A DNA stretch of 64,000 nt from the human T2T-CHM13v2.0 reference genome, Homo sapiens: the NCBI RefSeq assembly GCF_009914755.1, contig NC_060938.1, one strand, 5' to 3'. The notes under the pieces were generated by a model, which worked only from the letters and a program-made list of their open reading frames with translations, searched no databases and was not told the DNA's origin. A program made the translations under genes and the position numbers. Positions 1 to 10,484 of the stretch are shown in pieces; position 1 is the first letter of the stretch, and every line of letters starts with the position of its first letter.

Positions 1-60
1 GTGCCACTGCACTCCAGCCTGGGGGACAGAGCGAGACTCTGTCTCAAGAAAAAAAGAAAA
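1..60 (+). mobile_element. 3' end of an Alu, cut by the window edge
   Basis: gccactgcactccagcctggg...gcgagactctgtctc followed by an A tail. Confidence 0.93.
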
Positions 61-2434
61 GGACTGGGTTATGCATTGCTAGTGCCTCTTACCCCATAAC
101 ATGTAGGGGAAAATTATTCCATCACTTGAAAATGATATACATTTGCTTATGTAGGATACGATTCAGAGAGAAGCTTTCAGTTGTCTATTGTTTGTTGACC
201 AATGGAGGAGATATCCCAACATGGTAATGCTGATCTTGGTAGCCTCCTCTGACTCAGGGAAGAGGTAAACTGAGAAAATTCTTCACTGGATGAAAAGATG
301 GGGAAGGTTGTGAATGGTTACAGCAATTTCTGTTAAATATTTGCAAAGGAAGGCACTTGGCCACATAAAATCTTCTTCGGTATAGTTGCATGGAGATTAG
401 CATAAATATGCATGTGATTTGCATAGGCCTTTTCTTCCTCACGTTGGTTTTAGTTCTTATTTATTTATGGTGATATTCTCTTCTCTACACTGATGCCATT
501 TTTTCCCCTGTGGCCTCCCACATAAAAGAAGTGTTTTTGCTTTAAATACAGATCTAGGGGCTGAAAGGGAAACATTTCTTTTGGTGAATGAGTGATTCAT
601 GTAAGGTGAGAGGAATTGGTTTCTGGCTCAATTTATTCAAAGTTTGGGATGGTTTGTCAGTCAATGCACAGTTCCATGGAATCATCTGTGGCCTTTGACA
701 AGACAAGTAGGAGCATCTGGAATATCCAGAGTGATGGGCAAAGGGAAGATAATGAATATTTAGACTAAGAAAAGACCAGACATGCCCCAAGCCCAGAGTA
801 CCACAAACTAACTGTGATGTCTCAGGCAACTCACTTATTTCTAGTCATCAATTTCTTCCTTAATAAAATAAGGGCATTAAATCAGGCCATCTCTAAAATC
901 CCTTATAGCTCTAAAATTTATTATTTTGACAGACTCCTTGCTCTAATTATATAAAAAATATTAAGCACCATGTAGCACATTAAATAATATCTGGTGCCTT
1001 GCTGTTCTGTCAAACTTTTCCCCTTTGAAGGGTACTGGATGATTAATTTAAGCTTCTCTTTATAGGCACTACTTTCCTTGCTCATTTTTCTCAGTTCAGT
1101 GGGCACACAAGGTATAACTTAAATGTTTATAGAAGACACCCATTAATATACCACTTGCGGTGCCAAGGACATGCACAGTAGTTGGCTTTGTGGACATCCA
1201 TGTCTGTAGAAAAAGAGCTTAGTTGTGATAACGCCATTTGATTTGTCACCTTCTACTCTAGATCAGGGTCACCTCCAGGTCTCCTGAGCAGGGCCTTGTC
1301 CAATTGCATTTTAACAAAGACGATTCTTCAGAAATGAGGGGAGAGATCATGACAATAGACAGAACATTTGGGGAGTGGATAGATCTACTTCAAACACGCA
1401 GACAGTGTTGAATTTCTGCTTTATTATTTTTGGGGGGCTATTTCTGCTAAAATCCAGTATGAGTTATGGGCTAACTACTTATACATGTGCAAGCTACCCT
1501 GTGAGCATTTATAGGTGAACAGGTCTCTTTTGCTTATACCAATGTGTGTGCAAGCAGACATATGCAGGTAGATACATATGACTGGGCTGCTCTGGAACAC
1601 ACAAGAGAAACTTGATCTCTTCTTTAACTCCCTGGAGTATGAAGCTGAGGCTGATGTTTTAATGATGTCATAATGCTAAGATTAATTTAACAATATGTAG
1701 TGGGTAGAAGTCTTTTCACATTATAAAATATCTCCTTTTTACAGCTCTTACTTTATGATGAAAAAATATTCATTTTGCCTAAGAAATTTACCTGGGGCTG
1801 TAATGGTTAACACAGATCTGAGTTGAAGTGGACTTGGCTTTGGTTAATAAGCCTGGAGTGTAGTTCCGGCAGGGAAAATATAATTCTCTCAACCTTATTT
1901 TGTAGCCTCCAATCTTTAGAGGGAAACTGTATACCTCAACTATTGTTGCCATTTTCTTTTAGTAATGAGGTGCTTTTGATAGCTTTTGACCAACTCTGGT
2001 ATGAAGTAGACCATTCTAAGTAAGGCTATCTGGCAAGAAGACAAATGGAAGGTCATAACACTGTGTGTCAAAATTATAGATCGAATCAACAAATAATTAA
2101 ATAAAATATATTTCACCCTCTTACCTTGACAAATATACCTTTAAAACTAGTTGGAAAGCCAGGCTCAAATTTAGAGTTTTTGGATTCCTTGGAGTTCTGC
2201 ATTGGGAAATAGCAGCACAAGGGGAACCAGCCAACCCCTAGTCCTCAACCCATGGTCTACTCCCTTCTCTTCCCACCTTTGGCTTTGTCCTATATCATGA
2301 AGGGTCTGGTATGAATGCATGTGGTTGCCCCAGCCTAATGGAGAAGCCTTATCCACATCTCTGCAAATAGTCTCCCACGGCTACTCCTCAGACCTTGCAA
2401 TATGTATGGTTTGCCTTTAGAAAGATGGATCAAG

Positions 2435-2824
<390 letters not shown>

Positions 2825-3693
2825 TTACAGGGTCCCAGTCTATGAAATATTGTCTTGAAAGAGTATATGGGCTCCAGTAGAATGTGATCTTGGCCCCATG
2901 GAACTCTAGTTCTGTGGGGAAGGATAGTTCTGTGGGGAAGAAGAGAATGCCGTCCTGGCCCTGTGGAACTCTAGTTCTGTGGCCATAGGATAGTCCAACC
3001 AGGGTCTTCAAAACAGGATACCCTAGAGCAGAGAGTCTTGAGTTTAACAGTGGTATTGCTGTCTTATCAAAACATATCAAATTAATTCTCTTCCCCTCTC
3101 CTTACCTGCTGTATCACCTGCTCAGGTCCAACCTCCTACTTAACAACTCAGCCATGTTCCAGGGGGCTTAGGACTGTATTATAGAAACCAAAGTTAGCTG
3201 AGTTATTGACAGATGAAAATCCCAGCCAGATCTTTCGGGGTAATTTATTTTTAGTTATTGGTCAATAAAAGCTACCTGGAGCTAGAGAGTCCTTTGTCAG
3301 AACAGTTAATTATCCATTCTAAACCAGCTCTTCTACAAGCATTTAAAAGCAATTCCTGAAGCAAAAGCAACTCGAGCCTCACTTGATCATTTTGCATGAA
3401 ACCTCCCTTTAGGTTTTTCTTGAGAAAATTCGAAGGAAAGGCAGCAATCTCTTTTGCACCATCTTGTTTTGTCTTCTACCCTCGTGTGGACACGTCGTTT
3501 CTCTGCAGTCACCCCTGCTGCTAGTTTCCCTGGTGTTTCGATATAGGACTTGCAGAAGAATTGAAGGGAGTGCTGTGTTGGTATCAGCACAAGAACGGGG
3601 CAGTGCCCCTGCGGTGTGTTCTCTTTGGTATTTGCATAGGTCTGACTCTTGCCAGACAAGTGCTGATTGCTTTCCTCTTTTCTTTTCCTATAG

Positions 3694-3995
3694 CTCGAGA
3701 GGAGAATGTGGCCACTTTCCGAGGCTCAGAGTATCTGTGCTACGACCTGTCTCAGAACCCGATCCAGAGCAGCAGTGATGAAATCACCCTCTCCTTTAAG
3801 ACCTGGCAGCGTAACGGCCTCATCCTGCACACGGGCAAGTCGGCTGACTATGTCAACCTGGCTCTGAAGGATGGTGCGGTCTCCTTGGTCATTAACCTGG
3901 GGTCCGGGGCCTTTGAGGCCATTGTGGAGCCAGTGAATGGAAAATTCAACGACAACGCCTGGCATGATGTCAAAGTGACACGCAACCTCCGGCAG
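3694..3995 (+). CDS. NRXN3: Neurexin-3 alpha coding exon, N-terminal part of LNS2 (laminin G) domain: (A)[100 protein letters not shown]
   Basis: Translation is recognisable alpha-neurexin LNS2, and [14 protein letters not shown] points to the NRXN3 paralogue. Branch-like CTGAT at 3663-3667, pyrimidine tract, TAG acceptor at 3691-3693, CAG|GTAATG donor at 3995/3996. 302 nt, phase 1 in and phase 0 out. Confidence 0.96.
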
Positions 3996-6900
3996 GTAAT
4001 GGCTGAGGGGAGAGAATTCCTGGAAGGCTCATCTTAGGTGGCTGGGTAGTAAATTTGTGAAGCAGGTGATGGGTGTGAGGTGGAGAGGGGTGGAGATTCA
4101 GGGATGGAGATGTTAACGTCTAACTTTCTCCCAGTCTTTGCAATTTCACGTGGAAAATTATTAAAATATGTTTCTCCACATACTTCAATTCTCTCTCTGT
4201 GCTTGTTATTTAAGAAAAAAAAAAACAACTCAGTTGTATAGATAATAAAAGTTGTAAGTACTTTCATTCCTTTTATTCTGCTTTCCTTTGATCATTTTCT
4301 TAATTACATTTGAATCTTATCGTATTATTGTTAAATTCAATTAGGGACTGCATTTTGTTTCTGCAGCTTCGTAGATTTTCCTCATTCTTTGAATATATGT
4401 TTTTCTTTTTAATTAAGTTAGCCATTGCCACGATGCCATAATTTTAATTCCTTCCAGAAAAAGTCTTCCTTTTCCTCTTTTAATTTACTACCCTTTCCCA
4501 ACTATTTTTTTCTTTTATGTTAACCTCTAGCTTTGGAATTAATTAGCCGGGATCTTTCTGAATTCCTCTGTTTCTCTGTTCTTGATGCGGTGGTCCTACT
4601 CTATTGCCCCTGTCTCTCCCTCCGAGACTCTTCAGTTGACTGGGAGGCCTGGAAAGTGGAAGGACCCAAATAAAAAAGTCAACTTTGGAGCAGCCTTTCC
4701 TGGTTCTGTCCGTGCTTGGGAACTCCCATCGCTTGCCGATTCTAAGCAGGCACCTCCGTCAGGTGACAACATTCTCAGAAAGCCTTAGCCAAGTGAAGTT
4801 GTTTTCAATTTCATGACTAATAATAATGATAACAATAATAATACCTCATCAGCTCACATCAGTAAAAGAAAACCGTTTCCTATAAAAATCAAAGTCTGTG
4901 CTGAGACCGCCTTTTCCAGGTTGCCATTTTCACTTGGTTTTTCTATTTGCGAATCTGTTGTTAAACCCAGTTGGATGGCATCCAGGCTTTATTAACCAGA
5001 AAACACTATACTTTCTGAAGTGCTTATCAAAAAGTGCTTACCAAATTTTCTTCTGCCACATGATTGATTTAATGCCTTCTAATGTCAATGTGAAAGCGTA
5101 AGAAATGATAGGTGTCTGCCTACGTTTTCTGTTTGATAAAAGTGTAACTCCTTACGAATACTAAACAAATGGTATAGGCTGGCACACATTTGAAACACAT
5201 TTCCACACTTAGGTATGTCAAGGAAGCCATCCTGTTGGGAGATTACATTTATCTCAGGTAAAAATGCCAAATGACACAAGACTTAGAGTCCCCAATCATC
5301 TTGACATTCATGAATCTGATATTTTTGAATCATTGTTCTATGTTTTTCCTCCAAGGCCAAAGAACCCTATTGCTAATATCTTCTTTCGTCATTCCTCATC
5401 CATACTTACCCAGGAGAGAACGTCTCAACTGTCAAGAGAACCCAAATCAAATATCCATTTGCTAACACATAAGGGCTTGTTACATGAGAGCTGCAGAGAC
5501 TAGACCTAAAAGTGAAATACAACCTTTTGCTAGTTTTGATTGGCAGGTACAAAATAACACGCTTTAGGCATTAATCAGTGGAGGAGAGACTTTTCATGTA
5601 CTTCAGAGCACAATCAGGTCATGATTCTCACCAATTTGTTTCTCTACCTCTCTCCCACCACCCTTCCTTACCATTCTGGAATGATTCCAATTCTCCTGTG
5701 AAAGGCTCACTTTTGTTTCTACTAAAAACACTTTTCTAAAATAGTATCAGGCACACTTAAGTCCTTTAAATGGAGAGAGGATAAACCAAACTGTAATTCA
5801 GATATTGTTTGTGCTGTTTTAATCAGAGCAGCTAGAGGAAAACTACCCTGGATGTTTTTCCCGCCCCTGCCCTTCATGTTCTAAGGCCCAACTCTGCTCT
5901 GTGCCCTTGGGCAAGCCATTTGACCTTTCTCCACCACAGTCTCCATTTGCAAAATGGTGGTTACAATCTTCCGCAGCCATGTGTGGTGGCTAAATATGCA
6001 AAGCACCTTATGTTCCAGAAGGATTATGAGCTCATCCATGGTCTAGGTATAGACGTGCTGTGACGTGCACATGATCTACAGGCTGAGCTTTCTGTTTCAA
6101 AGGTGACTGCATCTGTCTGGCACCAAGGATGCAGCTAAGTGCAATTCTCTGTTCTAGACAGGGATACAGAGGCCCTACAGTATTGGGGGTATTTCTTGGC
6201 AGAGGGAGTATTAATCTTCTGTGAGAAAGTGAACCTAAAATTGAACCTCATTGAAATTCTGACTAAATTTTGCATCCAAATGCAATTTATTGAAAGAGGA
6301 AAATCTCTGAAAAGCAAAGTTGATTTTGCAAATGCAATTATTTTAATGTGAATAATATAAGATTATTATTTTGTCCATTAAAATAATATTTATAACATCT
6401 ATTTGAGTTCCCTGGGATACATTTGAATGGTGGGATCTTCCTGTCTATTTCAATTAAACTATAAAGAGCTCCATAAATATTTGACAACAAACTTATAGCA
6501 GCCTTATTCATATTTTTGGTAAGATTGAATGGCTTTTATGACAAAAATTCATTGAGTAAAGTTTACCTGGGGTTTCCCGGAGTACTTATTACCAAATGGA
6601 GCAGAAGTCTCCTCATTTCTTCCTTCATGATCATCTATTCATGGTTTTGCCTTTAAGCCAGGTCAGGACCAAGGCCAGGTATTTTATTGTGGCTTACAAT
6701 TAAAGGAAGGAATGTGGACTACCTGTATCTATTGCAAACTATAACTGGGATTAGGGACCAAGGTAGTGAGGAATTTGTGTGTTTGTATGTGGTAGTGGGG
6801 TGGTAATTGGTCCTTGACATTGCCTGAGTCCAAGGTCATGGCCATAACTTTCATTGCTTTACCTCTATGTGTTAACTTTTGTTAAATCACAAACACAAAA

Positions 6901-7691
6901 CTGAGGTTACCAGTCTTCCAGTCTTCCAGAGGGTTTTTCTAATCATGTTTAACCTGCCAGTCTTCCCTGCTATCCATACAATAAATTACATAAAAGCTTG
7001 AAAAGCATTGTTCAAGAGGAATTGGGGGAGAGAGATTCCAAAGCATTCTGGCCAAGTAAACAAATTAATGACCTTATTGAGTAATAAAGAAGATTCTAAT
7101 TTTTTTTGATACATTCTATTAATTCTAAACTGAAGGAAAACTGTTTCTCTCTGGTTGCACACATCCACAAAAATGAAATAGGCTGTAGATGTTTAATTAT
7201 CTATGGAAACCTAGAGTACACTACATAAGGCAGACTTTCTATGCTAGGTTTGATCTGTAAATGCTTTAAGTTTTTTCCTTTTTGGGAGGATTTCATGATC
7301 ATTTATCCACATTGTAGTCATAGTCAGATGTGAAAAAAGTAAACCCCAAAATATTTGTATTTCAGTTCTTTGTATCTGTTTTTCTACATGTGGAATGGTA
7401 CCTGTTGGGGGGCCTTTCCTTTTGGAAGAGGTGGAATGGGTTTGTGTTAGAGGGTGGGAAGGGAGTGGGCGGTGTCCATTCAGAAAGCCCTTAGGAAGTA
7501 AGTATGGTGCTAATTCTAACGGGTGAGGTGTGGTCTGAGAGAGATTTGGAAGAAGCAGGGAGCTGCAATGGCATGTAGACTGCAGCTCCTTTTCTGGCTG
7601 TGCCCCAGGTGGCATGGTTTTCCATAGAGTCCTGGTCTCATTGTCTTCCCCCCACTCTCTTTTTCTGTGTCGGGTGCCTTTTTTTTGAGAA

Positions 7692-7756
7692 ACTAACACA
7701 AGATCATTCATGCAATGTGTCATTTTACTAACCGACTAATGTACTAACACCCTAAC
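7692..7756 (+). promoter_or_regulatory. Cluster of branch-point / STAR-protein (QKI, SF1) motifs upstream of SS2
   Basis: ACTAAC 7692-7697, TACTAAC 7726-7732, ACTAAT 7735-7740, TACTAAC 7742-7748, CTAAC 7752-7756. Confidence 0.65.
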
Positions 7757-7841
7757 GACTCATCTTTGTTTTTAGTTTTTTTAATTAACAATCGTTCTGT
7801 TCACAATTTTTAATTTCCTTTCTTCCCCCTTCTCCGCAAAG

Positions 7842-7865
7842 CACTCAGGCATCGGACACGCTATG
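7842..7865 (+). CDS. NRXN3: Alternative SS2 microexon, short form: 24 nt, HSGIGHAM
   Basis: Internal donor ATG|GTAAAC at 7865/7866 gives the known 8-aa SS2 insert, in frame. Confidence 0.88.
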
Positions 7866-7886
7866 GTAAACAAACTACATTGTCTG
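7842..7886 (+). CDS. NRXN3: Alternative SS2 microexon, long form: 45 nt, HSGIGHAMVNKLHCL
   Basis: Pyrimidine tract and AAG acceptor (7839-7841), then cac tca ggc atc gga cac gct atg gta aac aaa cta cat tgt ctg, then a GTAGAT donor at 7887. Matches the known 15-aa neurexin SS2 insert. Phase 0-0, fitting between ...NLRQ and VTISVDG... Confidence 0.93.
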
Positions 7887-8476
7887 GTAGATATCATTCT
7901 TATTGTCTCTTTTTTTGGGTTTGCCGTGTGTTGCCCCCCTTTTCCTCTCCAACCCCCCCTTTTATCCTCTTTAGACTCATTTCTTCTTTTAAGATTTTGT
8001 TACATTAAATGCAAGCCTTTCTTTTTCTTAAAAAAAAAATGGAAGGGGATGCACTTGTCCTAAAAATGATATTTGGTTGAATTTTGTGGGGAAGGTTTCC
8101 TTTTCTCTAGTTTTCAATTTTTTCCCCCAAAAAATGCTTTTTTTTTTTTTTTTTAAATCTCTATTTGGCTAAATTTGTTTTCTTTTGTTTTCTTATTTTA
8201 CAACTTCCAAGTTACATACTAGGGACAACAGAGATTTATAGTGAGAACTTCCTTCTTTCTGTGCCTTCCTCTCCCTCTCACTCTTCCTCTTTTCTTTTTT
8301 TCTCCTTTCCCACTCCTTAGTCCCTTTTCTCTTTCCCTTTTATATGGCCACGGCTGCCACAGGTGATCTGGGGAGGAAAGTACTCCACTTCCTAGACTCT
8401 TTCTTACCCTGCTTTTACTTTACTCCCCTACCGTGGCCAAAAGGATATCCACCAATTATGTTCTCCATACAAACTC

Positions 8477-9203
8477 TGCATGGCATGTTCCTGTCTCGTG
8501 AATTTTCCTACCTGCATCAGAATTTGTTTCCTCATTTTCCTCCTCATTACTAACAACCTACCAATCATCAACCCAATTTCAGTTTCTTCTCTTTTATTTT
8601 TCCCCACTCTTCATTCTCCTTTCATCTTTCATATATTTGGGGGTTGGGTTTGGACTTTTTCTTTTCTTTTCTTTTCTTTTATTTAGTAAGGGAGGTGGCA
8701 GGCAGAGAAAAGACTACCTTTTAGTTTTGAATGCTTTTTTTTCACTTCCATCTTGTTCTTCGGTTTGTTCAATGCATGTAAGTGTGAAGTGGATTTTGAT
8801 TCTTTCCCTAATTTCTCCCCACCCTTTCCCAGTTTTGTTTTTCTTCTGCCTTCTCTCTTGGTTCCAGATAATTTCTGCATGGGTGTATCGGTGTATGGTG
8901 TGTGCATGCTTTGAGGCCCCATCGTTTCTCTCTGCCCTCTGCTCCTTTCATGGATGTTGGGTAAAAGGGTGCTATTTCTTTTCTGTGGGCATTATTATTT
9001 TTATTGTTTTGGTTATTATTCCTCATCATTCATTTTATTGTTGTTCTTAGAGTTGCCTTTTTGGTTTGGGTCATTTCTTCTCTTGGAGGTGGTGATGGGA
9101 GCCAAGGGAGGGTAGGGATTGGTGTCCTGGGGCAGTCCATGGCATGTATCATCCATGACCATATCAGAATCAAGACCCTTCTCCTTCCCTCCCTGAATGC
9201 ATG
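8477..9203 (+). promoter_or_regulatory. Cluster of RBFOX motifs (TGCATG) downstream of SS2
   Basis: TGCATG at 8477, 8773, 8876, 8903 and 9198, plus GCATG at 8483 and 9142. Confidence 0.65.
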
Positions 9204-9738
9204 TTTGTCAGCGTGGTGTGAGCCAAAAAATATTAATAACAATAAAGATAAAAGAAAAGAAAAAAGAAAAGAAAAGAAAAAAGGAAAAATAAAACCATCA
9301 ACAACCAAAGACCAACCCCTAACAAATTTCATCATCAAATGTCTTCTTTGCTGTTTTTCACTACCACCATGAATAACAATCATGTAAGAAATAAACAATC
9401 ATTTTAGCAATGAACTGAGACAAGTGATATCGTCTGAGGATGGTTCCATTTTCTAGCCTGACTGTGTAAAGATTGCAATGGGTAGAACAAGGTGCCCAGC
9501 TTGGAAATTCTAACAAAGTCATCCATGAGTCTGCAGGGAAATACTGAAGGCTTGAGACCCAGGGAGGCAGACCAGAAAATGGAACTTGGCTGCACATACC
9601 AAAATCAAATCAAATTAGAAAGTATATCTCATGAAAATCTTAATGAAAGTGATGCCACAAGTAGGGGAAGCCACTGGGTTATGATAGGATCGTAAGGTCA
9701 TTGTTGGGATTTTTTTTGTCCCTATGTCCCTCCACCAG

Positions 9739-9900
9739 GTGACAATCTCTGTGGATGGCATTCTTACCACGACGGGCTACACTCAAGAGGACTATACCAT
9801 GCTGGGCTCGGACGACTTCTTCTATGTAGGAGGAAGCCCAAGTACCGCTGACTTGCCTGGCTCCCCTGTCAGCAACAACTTCATGGGCTGCCTTAAAGAG
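9739..9900 (+). CDS. NRXN3: Neurexin-3 alpha coding exon, C-terminal part of LNS2: [54 protein letters not shown]
   Basis: Acceptor ...tccctccaccag at 9738, donor GAG|GTAAAG at 9900/9901. 162 nt, phase 0-0, conserved neurexin sequence. Confidence 0.96.
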
Positions 9901-10106
9901 GTAAAGTTCACCCAATTCTATTTAATGCACCATGTGATTGTTTCATTTATAAACAAATGACATGTCTAAATCAATGACTGGATCTGTCCTCAAATCTATG
10001 AGATGATAGATTGCAGCAGAAACAACCTTGAACTTGGAAGTAGGTGTCCTACGTTTTCATTCCCGCTTAAGCTGGTTGCATGACTTGGGGTTTGTCACTT
10101 CAGTAC

Positions 10107-10484
10107 TGTATTAGTCTGTTTGCATGCTGCTGATAAAGACATACCCAAGACTGGGTAATTTATAAAGAAAAGAGGTTTAATTGATTTACAGTTCCACATA
10201 TCTGGGGAGGTCTCACAATCATGGCAGAAGGCAAGGAGGAGCAAGTCACATCTTACATGGTGGCAGGGAAGAAAAACTTGTGCAGAGGAACTCCTCTTTA
10301 ATAAAACCATCAGATCTTATGAGACTTATTCACTATCATGAGAACAGCATGGGAAAGACCTGACCCCATGATTTAATTACCTCCCACTGGCTTCCTCCCA
10401 CTGGCTCCCTCCCACGACATGTGGGAATTGTGGGAGCTACAATTCAAGATGAAATTTGGGTGGGGACACAGCCAAACCATGTCA
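10107..10484 (-). mobile_element. THE1 (MaLR) solo LTR
   Basis: tgtattagtc...ataaagacatacccaagactgggtaatt...ggggacacagccaaaccatgtca, with a perfect 5-bp TSD AGTAC at 10102-10106 and 10485-10489. Confidence 0.92.

Noticed and set aside
3464-3965. Overlapping alternative-frame and antisense ORFs at the first exon
   Set aside because: Shadows of the GC-richer NRXN3 coding exon.
8637-9398. Hydrophobic or lysine-rich ORFs in the SS2 downstream intron
   Set aside because: By-products of U-rich and A-rich low-complexity sequence.
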